Source: Escherichia coli (GTDB lineage: Bacteria; Pseudomonadota; Gammaproteobacteria; Enterobacterales; Enterobacteriaceae). From it: DNA of 64,000 nt. The translations under genes and the position numbers were made by a program. The stretch is taken from assembly GCF_051903065.1 (NCBI RefSeq), contig NZ_CP178438.1. One strand, given 5' to 3'. A model generated the notes under the pieces. The model was not told the DNA's origin. It saw only the letters and a list, made by a program, of their open reading frames with translations, and made no database searches. Each line of letters begins with the position of its first letter. Within the stretch, counting starts at the first letter, position 1. Positions 10,270 through 18,849 of the stretch are shown here, piece by piece.

Positions 10270-11622
10270 GTGTTTATTGGTTTTGATTACGGTACAGCAA
10301 ACTGTTCAGTGGCGGTCATGCGTGACGGTAAACCGCACTTGCTAAAAATGGAAAACGACAGCACGCTGCTGCCTTCAATGCTTTGCGCGCCAACGCGTGA
10401 AGCGGTAAGCGAATGGCTGTACCGCCATCATGATGTTCCGGCAGACGACGATGAAACGCAGGCGCTGTTACGTCGGGCGATTCGTTATAACCGTGAAGAA
10501 GATATCGATGTTACGGCGAAAAGCGTGCAGTTCGGTCTTTCCTCACTGGCACAGTACATTGATGATCCGGAAGAAGTGTGGTTTGTGAAATCACCAAAAT
10601 CGTTCCTCGGTGCCAGCGGCTTAAAACCGCAGCAGGTAGCGCTGTTTGAGGATCTGGTCTGCGCAATGATGTTGCACATTCGCCAGCAGGCGCAGGCACA
10701 GCTGCCAGAAACGATTACTCAGGCGGTGATCGGTCGCCCGATCAACTTCCAGGGGCTTGGCGGCGATGAAGCAAACACCCAGGCGCAGGGGATTCTGGAA
10801 CGCGCGGCGAAGCGTGCCGGGTTTAAGGATGTGGTATTCCAGTACGAGCCGGTCGCGGCTGGGCTGGATTACGAAGCCACCTTGCAGGAAGAAAAACGGG
10901 TGCTGGTGGTGGATATCGGCGGTGGTACGACTGACTGTTCATTGCTGCTGATGGGGCCGCAGTGGCGTTCGCGTCTCGATCGTGAAGCCAGCCTGCTGGG
11001 TCACAGTGGTTGCCGTATTGGCGGTAACGATCTGGATATCGCGCTGGCGTTTAAAAACCTGATGCCGTTACTGGGCATGGGTGGCGAAACCGAAAAAGGC
11101 ATCGCCCTGCCGATTCTGCCGTGGTGGAATGCGGTTGCCATCAACGACGTACCTGCGCAGAGTGATTTCTACAGTAGTGCCAACGGTCGTCTGCTTAACG
11201 ATCTGGTACGCGATGCCCGCGAACCGGAAAAAGTGGCCCTGTTACAGAAAGTCTGGCGTCAGCGTTTAAGCTATCGCCTGGTGCGTAGCGCAGAAGAGTG
11301 CAAAATTGCTCTTTCAAGCGTAGCGGAAACCCGCGCCTCACTGCCGTTTATCAGCGATGAACTGGCTACGCTGATTAGCCAGCAAGGGCTGGAAAGCGCC
11401 CTCAGCCAGCCACTGGCGCGGATTCTGGAACAGGTGCAACTGGCGCTGGATAACGCCCAGGAAAAACCGGACGTTATCTACCTGACCGGCGGAAGCGCCC
11501 GTTCTCCGCTGATTAAAAAAGCGCTGGCAGAACAGTTGCCGGGCATTCCGATTGCAGGCGGCGATGACTTTGGCTCCGTCACCGCCGGGCTGGCACGCTG
11601 GGCGGAAGTGGTGTTTCGTTAA
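10270..11622 (+). CDS. yegD: Hsp70-family (actin-like ATPase) protein YegD, ~450 aa
   Basis: Phosphate-1 motif IGFDYGTANCSVAV directly follows a GTG at 10270; there is no in-frame ATG just upstream of this conserved N-terminus, so the track's upstream extension to 10207 is unlikely to be the real start. Confidence 0.8.
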   Translation: MFIGFDYGTANCSVAVMRDGKPHLLKMENDSTLLPSMLCAPTREAVSEWLYRHHDVPADDDETQALLRRAIRYNREEDIDVTAKSVQFGLSSLAQYIDDPEEVWFVKSPKSFLGASGLKPQQVALFEDLVCAMMLHIRQQAQAQLPETITQAVIGRPINFQGLGGDEANTQAQGILERAAKRAGFKDVVFQYEPVAAGLDYEATLQEEKRVLVVDIGGGTTDCSLLLMGPQWRSRLDREASLLGHSGCRIGGNDLDIALAFKNLMPLLGMGGETEKGIALPILPWWNAVAINDVPAQSDFYSSANGRLLNDLVRDAREPEKVALLQKVWRQRLSYRLVRSAEECKIALSSVAETRASLPFISDELATLISQQGLESALSQPLARILEQVQLALDNAQEKPDVIYLTGGSARSPLIKKALAEQLPGIPIAGGDDFGSVTAGLARWAEVVFR

Positions 11623-11634
11623 TTGAAAAATGGC

Positions 11635-13584
11635 TCAGCAGCGGCTTAAATCTGCCTGCGCCTGAGCCAGTTTTTCTGCCGCCTGACGTAACGGTTCCAT
11701 CAACGGCATGGTCCGTGCTGGAGCATGAAGGCGGAATCGCTGCAACTCTGTCGCGCCGACAGTCAACGCCGATTCCAGCCGATGTCGTTTGGCGGCCATT
11801 TTCGCCATTACCGCTTGTCTTTCTGCAGGCGTTACCGCTTCGTTCGGCCTGAACACAAAACGGCGTTCACAGCTCGCTTTCCAGTCGATGACCGCCTGGG
11901 TCAGATGATCACCAAACCCTTTAACTTGCTTAACCCCACGACGGGTAACATCCGCGGCTGTTTCAATACCAAAAGACCGTAACGCCGCTTTACGCGCAGG
12001 GCCAACGCCGGGAATAGAGGCAGCATCAATAAAAAATCCCTCCAGAAACTTCTGCTTCTGCCGTTCCCTTGCAGTGTCGTGAAGTGCTGCCAGAGCACGT
12101 TTTTCTTCTTCCGGTAACCCGAGAATTTCGTCCTTCATTTTTTCGAGCATCGTCCGTTTGGCGATAAAACCTTCCAGCCCGCCCAACTGTTGGATCTGGT
12201 TGACTAAATGGTCATAGTCCATTTTCGCGCGATTAAATGCCTCACGGCGTTGCTGGATTTCTGCTTTATAAGCTTTGCTTGTCAGACTGCCAATAATCCA
12301 GATAGCCGCCAGCACAGGAACCAAAATAATATAACGCGGTTCTGCCTGAAGGCCGCAAAGCAACAGCGATAACGCTGACAGTGCGATCTCAATCAGAATG
12401 ATGTATTCGCGCCGTAACAGGCCTAAAGGAAGCGGCCTGCCAGTCGGTTGGAAATGATCGGGTAATGGCAATTGCAATGCTGGCGGTGCTACTGACGCCA
12501 TCACCATCGCCCAGACTTTCGCCAGCACAAAATCACCGCCGGTGGTAATGACCTCTTCACCGAGATCAATAAAATAGATAACGCCTTGATTATCCAGCGT
12601 ACACCACGGGCAGTCAGTCAAATGAGCGGGGTAAACATGCATTGCTGAAACGGTACATTTCTTTAACTGTTGGCGTAGAGAGTCCAGTGCCGCTACCCAC
12701 GCTTTAGCCGTCGGACGCCCCGTTGCCACGCCACTTTCCGTGAATGCCTGCTGAAACATGGCTTCAACATCGCCCGGTAACATCGACAGCGGAATAGATC
12801 GTGGCGGCGGTTTTAAACCACGCCGCTGATTATCTGACGCGTAGGCATAACGGAAATGGGCAATATCCGTCTCCAGCGCATTACCCGCATCAGAGATAAG
12901 CGGCACACCAGAATAAGGATGCCGCCCACCAAACAAGACGTGAAAAATCAGCAACGCAAGGCCAAAATTATCGTGATTTTCTGTGCGTTCAAAACCGACA
13001 AATGATGGCAAGGTTTGTAGCTCTGGCGGCGTAAAATGCGACACGCCAACTTCGCATAAATGCAACGTTCCATTGGCGTTAATCTGAAAGGAGTCGCTGT
13101 CGATCAACACCACTTTGCTGTCGCGACCTACCATAAAGCTGTTCTGGTTTACGTCACCCACGACGTGCCCGTGCTCGTGAACCGTAGCAAAAGATGAAGC
13201 AATATTACGCGCAACATAGAGTAGAAAATCCCACGCACAATGAGGGTAACTCTGGCGACGATGTGCCGGGCTATAGATCATATGAATCGGTTCTTTACCA
13301 GAAACTTTTGGCATCATAAAACCGATAACTTTTCCGCCTCGTCCACCGTGAAGCGTTGCCTGCGGCCAGGCGACATAATTCAGCAACTGTGCATCAGCTG
13401 TCGCAGCCATAAAGGCAAGTTTGTCCTGTTTTAAGGCGGGTGGCGGCGTGTGATAAATCTTAGCGACGCTATCGACAAACTCCTCGATATCATAAACCGC
13501 GCCTTCGCCACCTTTGCCCAGTTCACGGCCTGGCGTAACGCACTCACCAGTAGCAGTATATAAAGTGGGTTTCATGGTAACCAC
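11635..13584 (-). CDS. yegI: Membrane-anchored eukaryotic-like Ser/Thr protein kinase YegI with C-terminal tandem helix-hairpin-helix motifs, ~648 aa
   Basis: Gly-rich loop GKGGEGAVY and VAKIY lysine motif; two hydrophobic helices mid-protein; C-terminal IPGVGPARKAALRSFG and VKGFGDHLTQ HhH-like motifs. Alternative start 3 codons downstream (MKPTLY). Confidence 0.8.
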   Translation of the reverse strand: MVTMKPTLYTATGECVTPGRELGKGGEGAVYDIEEFVDSVAKIYHTPPPALKQDKLAFMAATADAQLLNYVAWPQATLHGGRGGKVIGFMMPKVSGKEPIHMIYSPAHRRQSYPHCAWDFLLYVARNIASSFATVHEHGHVVGDVNQNSFMVGRDSKVVLIDSDSFQINANGTLHLCEVGVSHFTPPELQTLPSFVGFERTENHDNFGLALLIFHVLFGGRHPYSGVPLISDAGNALETDIAHFRYAYASDNQRRGLKPPPRSIPLSMLPGDVEAMFQQAFTESGVATGRPTAKAWVAALDSLRQQLKKCTVSAMHVYPAHLTDCPWCTLDNQGVIYFIDLGEEVITTGGDFVLAKVWAMVMASVAPPALQLPLPDHFQPTGRPLPLGLLRREYIILIEIALSALSLLLCGLQAEPRYIILVPVLAAIWIIGSLTSKAYKAEIQQRREAFNRAKMDYDHLVNQIQQLGGLEGFIAKRTMLEKMKDEILGLPEEEKRALAALHDTARERQKQKFLEGFFIDAASIPGVGPARKAALRSFGIETAADVTRRGVKQVKGFGDHLTQAVIDWKASCERRFVFRPNEAVTPAERQAVMAKMAAKRHRLESALTVGATELQRFRLHAPARTMPLMEPLRQAAEKLAQAQADLSRC

Positions 13585-14333
13585 AGCGCCAGTGCCAACG
13601 TTTTATCATCATCGGTACGCTCGTTTACCGCCGGGCTGGACAAAAACTGCTTTAACAATTCAGGTAATAAATCGAGCTGTTCCTGCGTTGCTGCCGCCAG
13701 TCCATTGAAAAAAGGGGTAAAGAAAGGCACATGCGGAGAATTATCCAACATATTTAACGCCAGTCGCTGGATACCATCCGTAAATGCTGCAACTTTATGC
13801 ACACGCTCAGTGCTGGTGAAAGTTTCCAGTCTGGAAACAGCATCTTCATCGCTAATGAAATGCGTCATATTGGCATATTCACCCACCATCGGCGTGAGCG
13901 GCAGTTCCAGACCACGACCAAAATCCACCACTACACCGCCGTCGCCAATTTGCATAATCAATGTGCCGTTAGCCGATGAAATCAATCCCAGAAACGTGCA
14001 GGCAAAATCGCGAACTGCTAATGCTTTGGCTTCTGCCTCGGCAAAAAGTCGTTGACGAATGGTCAGTACCATATTTGTGGCGAGGACATCATTAAGCCCC
14101 AATTCACCGTCCTGTACTTTTTGCACCATAAACGCCATCGCTTCATTGACGGCGAGCTTCGCGCCTTCTCCTCCCTGCGAAACGCTACCTGCGCCATCAG
14201 CAAGGAACATCACCAGTAATGGCTGCTGGTCATTTAGCCAGGCAACCTGCATCTGGCAGGCATCCTGACAAGGTAAATCAGCGCTAATGTGCGACGTTCC
14301 AACAGCGGATGCATAAACCAGACGCCAGCTCAC
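13572..14333 (-). CDS. yegK: PP2C-family Ser/Thr phosphatase YegK, 253 aa
   Basis: 253-aa ORF, stop overlaps the yegI start by 13 nt; PP2C-like Asp-rich motifs ([15 protein letters not shown]). Confidence 0.8.
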   Translation of the reverse strand: MSWRLVYASAVGTSHISADLPCQDACQMQVAWLNDQQPLLVMFLADGAGSVSQGGEGAKLAVNEAMAFMVQKVQDGELGLNDVLATNMVLTIRQRLFAEAEAKALAVRDFACTFLGLISSANGTLIMQIGDGGVVVDFGRGLELPLTPMVGEYANMTHFISDEDAVSRLETFTSTERVHKVAAFTDGIQRLALNMLDNSPHVPFFTPFFNGLAAATQEQLDLLPELLKQFLSSPAVNERTDDDKTLALALWLP

Positions 14334-14989
14334 ACTGACGTCCAGCCTTTTGGCGCTTCCAGCACAACTTCCGTTCCCGGCGTGGAGCGGGAAACCGAAC
14401 GCAGCGAACTGGATAACCAGCTAAACAGTTCACGGAATTGTAATCCCTGCAGTGGCAAAGGCTGACGAACGCTGATTTGTGCCAGAGTCTTCATATCCGC
14501 CCCCTGAACACCGATGGAAAAGAAGGCAAACTTCTTATCTTCTTCCCCCTGAAACACTTTGTTGGCGGCAGCCTGCCACTCATCGGTTGGTGCACCATCG
14601 GTGATTAGGAAAATCCACGGGCGATAATACGAAATACCATTTGCGCGGTACTCACGTTTCCTCTTTTCAACCATATCCAGGGCTTTGGTAATGGCGGCCC
14701 CCATAGGCGTATCCCCTTGGGCAAACAGGATGGGCGGGAAAAAGTTAGCGGCGCTGGTAAAGGGTTGTTCCACATGCACCGGGCCGAACGTCACAATGCC
14801 GAGTTCCACTCTTTTTAAAGCCAGCGGATCAGCAAGCAGTTCATCACGAAAGGTAACCAATCCGGCGTTAAGTTCATTAATGGGTCTACCGTTCATCGAA
14901 CCAGAAACATCCAGCAGCAGAATGCAGGGGCAACGTGGTTCCGGGTTACTGGCAGAATCGCTGGTGGCAAACATGATTTGTTCGCTCAT
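14330..14989 (-). CDS. yegL: von Willebrand factor A (vWA) domain protein YegL, 219 aa
   Basis: MIDAS motif DVSGS (DxSxS) near the N-terminus; 4-nt ATGA overlap with yegK indicates an operon yegL-yegK-yegI. Confidence 0.8.
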   Translation of the reverse strand: MSEQIMFATSDSASNPEPRCPCILLLDVSGSMNGRPINELNAGLVTFRDELLADPLALKRVELGIVTFGPVHVEQPFTSAANFFPPILFAQGDTPMGAAITKALDMVEKRKREYRANGISYYRPWIFLITDGAPTDEWQAAANKVFQGEEDKKFAFFSIGVQGADMKTLAQISVRQPLPLQGLQFRELFSWLSSSLRSVSRSTPGTEVVLEAPKGWTSV

Positions 14990-15170
14990 AAGAAATCATT
15001 TCTTAGAGAATTATTGAGGTCCGGTATCATACCGACTGCAATAATGAAATAAGAGCAAACGAAGAAACTTTCAGAATTAGTCCCGGCGGCGCAGAAAATT
15101 TTGCTATTCGCCTCGCAAGAACGGAGAGCCGTCGATTGACACTAAGGGCGGAGTGACATAATTTCAGGAG

Positions 15171-15310
15171 TGAGGGTTAGGGAAAGGTTTCCCCCTCCCC
15201 CTGGTGTTCTTAGTAAGCCTGGAAGCTAATCACTAAGAGTATCACCAGTATGATGACGTGCTTCATCATAACCCTTTCCTTATTTAAGGCCCCTTCCTCG
15301 GGAGGGGCTT
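15171..15310 (+). ncRNA. sibA: SibA antitoxin sRNA, antisense to ibsA (ends approximate)
   Basis: Sigma70 promoter TTGACA (15136-15141), 17-nt spacer, TAATTT (15159-15164). Transcript fully overlaps ibsA on the opposite strand and ends at a GC hairpin plus T-rich tract near 15285-15310. Confidence 0.6.
15210..15269 (-). CDS. ibsA: Type I toxin IbsA, 19-aa hydrophobic peptide MMKHVIILVILLVISFQAY
   Basis: Hand-translated minus-strand ORF; too short for the ORF track. Matches the Ibs toxin family. Confidence 0.75.
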   Translation of the reverse strand: MMKHVIILVILLVISFQAY

Positions 15311-15504
15311 TCCCGTTTCAGCATCCCGCTGAAATCGTCGGCTTACCTCCTTTCGCCATGCATGCAGTCTATCGCTGACTTGCGGATAAAATAGTTTCCA
15401 GTGTGATTATTGCGTAACGTCTCGCAAAGAATATTTGCTGGCAGGATCGCAGACTGCAAAGCCTGCAGATTGACAATCTGACCGTGAAGGCATACTTTCA
15501 GGAG

Positions 15505-15640
15505 TGAGGGTTGAGCGGGGTTTCCCCCGCCCTGGTAGTCTTAGTAAGCTGGCCAGCTAATGACTAAGAGCACCACGATGATGAGTAGCTTCATCATGAC
15601 CCTTTTCTTATTAAAGGATGACAAAATAATACAAATCACT
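15505..15640 (+). ncRNA. sibB: SibB antitoxin sRNA, antisense to ibsB (ends approximate)
   Basis: Second copy of the Sib repeat. Promoter TTGACA (15470-15475), 17-nt spacer, TACTTT (15493-15498). Overlaps ibsB. Confidence 0.55.
15541..15597 (-). CDS. ibsB: Type I toxin IbsB, 18-aa hydrophobic peptide MMKLLIIVVLLVISWPAY
   Basis: Hand-translated minus-strand ORF in the second Sib/Ibs repeat unit. Confidence 0.75.
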   Translation of the reverse strand: MMKLLIIVVLLVISWPAY

Positions 15641-15763
15641 TAAAAATCATCGCATTACACGAATTTGCGGTTAAATAATAGACTACAAAGTGCGACAAAA
15701 CGCAACATATGCAGTCACTATGAATCAACTACTTAGATAGTACTAGTGACCTGTAACAGAGCA

Positions 15764-15806
15764 TTAGCGCAAGGTGATTTTTTGTCCTCTTGCGCTAATT
15801 TTTTGT
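15764..15806 (+). terminator. Candidate rho-independent terminator
   Basis: 10-bp inverted repeat TTAGCGCAAG / CTTGCGCTAA (15764-15773 / 15789-15798) followed by TTTTTTG. The 15-nt loop is long, so confidence is moderate. Confidence 0.4.
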
Positions 15807-15961
15807 CATCAAACATGTCGTTCTCCAGAGAAGCATAAAGCCTTGCAATCAAGTGCAAAGCTTTGTGTACCAGAGTTTTTCCTCATCAACTACCACAAGT
15901 ATCGATCGATTGAGACTTGGATGATAGACTTCATGCCTTTCAGAACTCATTGATTACATAA

Positions 15962-16324
15962 ATGTTAAAGCTATTTGCAAAGTACACCTCGATTGGTGTG
16001 CTGAACACACTTATACACTGGGTGGTTTTTGGTGTATGTATCTATGCCGCGCATACCAATCAGGCTCTGGCAAACTTCTCAGGTTTCGTTGTGGCTGTGA
16101 GCTTTAGCTTCTTCGCGAATGCAAAATTCACATTCAAAGCATCGACTACAACGATGCGCTACATGTTATATGTCGGGTTCATGGGAACACTGAGTGCTAC
16201 TGTTGGATGGGCTGCTGATAAGTGCTCGCTTCCTCCAATTATCACTCTTATCACCTTCTCCGCCATCAGCCTGGTGTGCGGTTTCGTCTATTCAAAGTTC
16301 ATTGTCTTTAGGGATGCGAAATGA
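15962..16324 (+). CDS. gtrA: GtrA-family bactoprenol-glucose flippase, 120 aa
   Basis: 120-aa four-helix membrane protein; near-identical to phage P22/SfV-type GtrA as I recall it ([20 protein letters not shown]...). Confidence 0.9.
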   Translation: MLKLFAKYTSIGVLNTLIHWVVFGVCIYAAHTNQALANFSGFVVAVSFSFFANAKFTFKASTTTMRYMLYVGFMGTLSATVGWAADKCSLPPIITLITFSAISLVCGFVYSKFIVFRDAK

Positions 16325-17241
16325 AAATATCTCTGATTGTTCCTGTCTTCAATGAAGAAGATGCGATACCAATTTTCTATAAAACGGTACGTGAATTCGA
16401 AGAGTTGAAGCCTTATGACGTCGAAATTGTATTCATAAATGACGGAAGCAAAGACGCCACGGAATCAATTATTAACGTTCTGGCTGTTTCAGATCCGCTA
16501 GTTGTTCCGCTGTCATTTACACGAAACTTTGGTAAAGAACCAGCATTGTTTGCAGGGTTAGACCATGCAACGGGCGATGCTGTTATTCCTATTGATGTTG
16601 ACCTGCAAGACCCGATTGAGGTTATTCCTCATCTGATTGAAAAGTGGCAGGCAGGTGCCGATATGGTGCTGGCAAAACGTTCAGATCGTTCAACTGATGG
16701 AAGATTAAAACGGAAAACCGCTGAGTGGTTCTATAAGCTTCACAATAAAATAAGCAATCCAAAGATTGAAGAGAATGTCGGCGATTTCCGCCTGATGTCT
16801 CGAGAGGTGGTAGAAAATATCAAACTACTGCCAGAGCGTAACCTGTTTATGAAAGGCGTTTTATCTTGGGTTGGCGGTAAGACGGATGTTGTTGAATACA
16901 TCCGTGCTGAACGCGTTGCCGGAAGCACAAAATTCAATGGCTGGAAGCTATGGAACCTGGCGCTTGAGGGAATTACAAGTTTCTCGACCTTCCCCTTACG
17001 CGTGTGGACTTACATCGGCCTACTTGTTGCGGGACTCTCGTTCCTTTACGGGGTGTGGATGATTTTCGACACATTGGTGTTCGGTAATGCTGTCCGCGGA
17101 TATCCTTCTATTCTTGTATCTATTCTCTTTTTAGGTGGCATTCAGTTAATTGGTATTGGGGTGCTGGGAGAATACATCGGCAGAATTTACGTAGAAGTTA
17201 AAAATCGTCCTAGATATGTACTTAAAAAAATAAAAGGTTAG
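16321..17241 (+). CDS. gtrB: GtrB bactoprenol glucosyltransferase (GT2 family), 306 aa
   Basis: GT2 motifs (DGSKDAT, DVDLQD) and C-terminal TM helices; 4-nt overlap with gtrA. Confidence 0.9.
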   Translation: MKISLIVPVFNEEDAIPIFYKTVREFEELKPYDVEIVFINDGSKDATESIINVLAVSDPLVVPLSFTRNFGKEPALFAGLDHATGDAVIPIDVDLQDPIEVIPHLIEKWQAGADMVLAKRSDRSTDGRLKRKTAEWFYKLHNKISNPKIEENVGDFRLMSREVVENIKLLPERNLFMKGVLSWVGGKTDVVEYIRAERVAGSTKFNGWKLWNLALEGITSFSTFPLRVWTYIGLLVAGLSFLYGVWMIFDTLVFGNAVRGYPSILVSILFLGGIQLIGIGVLGEYIGRIYVEVKNRPRYVLKKIKG

Positions 17242-17246
17242 AGAAT

Positions 17247-18623
17247 ATGCGCATTTCAAAAAATGAAAAATACCTTTCATTGATTATGATAGCATTTTAC
17301 TTGCCATTTTTATTATCTGATTTACCTTTTAGGGACGATCTAAGCAGGACTTATTGGGGTTTTGTTGGGTTGTCTCAATTAGGTAGACCATTGGCAGACA
17401 TTGTTTATAGTTTGGTTGGATTTGGCTATGAGGGTGTTAACCTCAGCCCTATGCCTAAAATTATAGCGCTATTAATAATATTATCGTCTGCGATATTTTC
17501 ATACAGAACGCTATTCAACTCAATAGGAGCAACCGGGTTACTCTCTTTATCTATTTTCTTTGCAAATCCATTTATTATTCAAAATTTTGCATATCAGTAC
17601 GACTGTTTTCCAATGGCTTTATCTATTTTATTGGCGACATTATCTGTATTATATAGACCAAGATCAAGCTATTTTTATTTTCTTAGCGCATCATTTTTAT
17701 TAACTAGCGCAATATCACTTTATCAAGCATCTATATTTATTGCGGCATCTTTATATTTATGTAAGATCACTATTTATTTCGTTAACGATAGAAATCGCAG
17801 AGATGTTTTTATAGAATGCATGCTTACTCTTTTGTCTTCTTTTTTCTCTATTGCATGTTACATGGTGATTTTACTTTTTGTAGAAAATGGCGTGTCAAAA
17901 CGAGCTAGCATTACAGGGCCAAGTGGCGTTATTAGCAATATCGAGTTCCTTTTGGATAGGTTAAATAGCCTTTACCACTCGGTTTATATTTTTTTTATTA
18001 TTTTGTCATTAGTATTAATATTCTCTCTCTTGAGGATTTTTATCCTAAAAAGATATATCAATTTATGCGTGATATTACTAATACTTGTTGCGCTGCTAGT
18101 CTCTTCCCTACTCCCATCTGTCATCCTTAAGGAAGGGTTCGCCGGACCAAGAGTTTTAATGTCTATTTGTTCGGTATTTATATTTATATCTATCATTGCA
18201 ACCGGAAAAGAAAAATACGTATACGCCATGGTGTTATCTGTTTTAATGATGCATTCCATGTCTATTTCATACGCATTTTCAGGTGACATTAAGGCACAAT
18301 ACGATAGATACTCGATGATATCATCTCTTGTTTATAAAGATATTGATAATTACGTGTCGTCAAATACAGCAAAAATATACATTTCTTGCAAATCAACCCC
18401 ATCACAAAGAGAGTACGTTTTCTATAAATTCAACAATCACATAGCATGGCTCAACCCAGAAGAGGCTTGGGCTATCAGGTTTTTCATAAGAAATAATGGC
18501 GAGAGCAGGGTGGTGCACTCATGGGATGAATGCTTTGATATAAATGGAGGTAAGATCGTTAAAGAAAATGCATTTTATAAAATGGTTGAAAATAAAAATT
18601 CTTACTATTTCATAATGAAATAA
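17247..18623 (+). CDS. gtrC: GtrC-type serotype-specific O-antigen glucosyltransferase (polytopic membrane protein), 458 aa
   Basis: Third gene of a gtr operon; highly hydrophobic and AT-rich with strong codon bias relative to its neighbours, typical of horizontally acquired gtrC-type genes. Target specificity cannot be called from sequence. Confidence 0.7.
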   Translation: MRISKNEKYLSLIMIAFYLPFLLSDLPFRDDLSRTYWGFVGLSQLGRPLADIVYSLVGFGYEGVNLSPMPKIIALLIILSSAIFSYRTLFNSIGATGLLSLSIFFANPFIIQNFAYQYDCFPMALSILLATLSVLYRPRSSYFYFLSASFLLTSAISLYQASIFIAASLYLCKITIYFVNDRNRRDVFIECMLTLLSSFFSIACYMVILLFVENGVSKRASITGPSGVISNIEFLLDRLNSLYHSVYIFFIILSLVLIFSLLRIFILKRYINLCVILLILVALLVSSLLPSVILKEGFAGPRVLMSICSVFIFISIIATGKEKYVYAMVLSVLMMHSMSISYAFSGDIKAQYDRYSMISSLVYKDIDNYVSSNTAKIYISCKSTPSQREYVFYKFNNHIAWLNPEEAWAIRFFIRNNGESRVVHSWDECFDINGGKIVKENAFYKMVENKNSYYFIMK

Positions 18624-18630
18624 ATATAGG

Positions 18631-18662
18631 CGGGGGGGGGGGTAACAATCCCCCGTCTTTTT
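18631..18662 (+). terminator. Rho-independent terminator after gtrC
   Basis: CGGGGGGGGGGG-TAACAAT-CCCCCG hairpin (G11 run pairing with C5) followed by TCTTTTTT. Confidence 0.6.
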
Positions 18663-18849
18663 TGCTACGGCAAGTGATTAATCGCAACAATTGATTATTA
18701 TTTATAACAAATGCGTCATCTACCGCTATTCGGGTGACATTTTCATTCCTTATCTAAAATACAATTAAATAATTAACAAATAATTAAACGAATTGCATGA
18801 AAAATACATTACCGAAAAGTTAGAATAGTGTGCGATTGAAAGTTAATAA

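Noticed and set aside
15650-15961. Dam/OxyR phase-variation switch upstream of gtrA
   Set aside because: Some Salmonella gtr operons are phase-variable through paired GATC sites within OxyR half-sites. Only one GATC (15904-15907) is present here and no repeated half-site pattern was seen, so the sequence does not support it.
18632-18642. G11 tract as a phase-variable simple-sequence repeat
   Set aside because: It lies just downstream of the gtrC stop and pairs with a following C5 run ahead of a T-tract, so it is more simply the stem of a rho-independent terminator.
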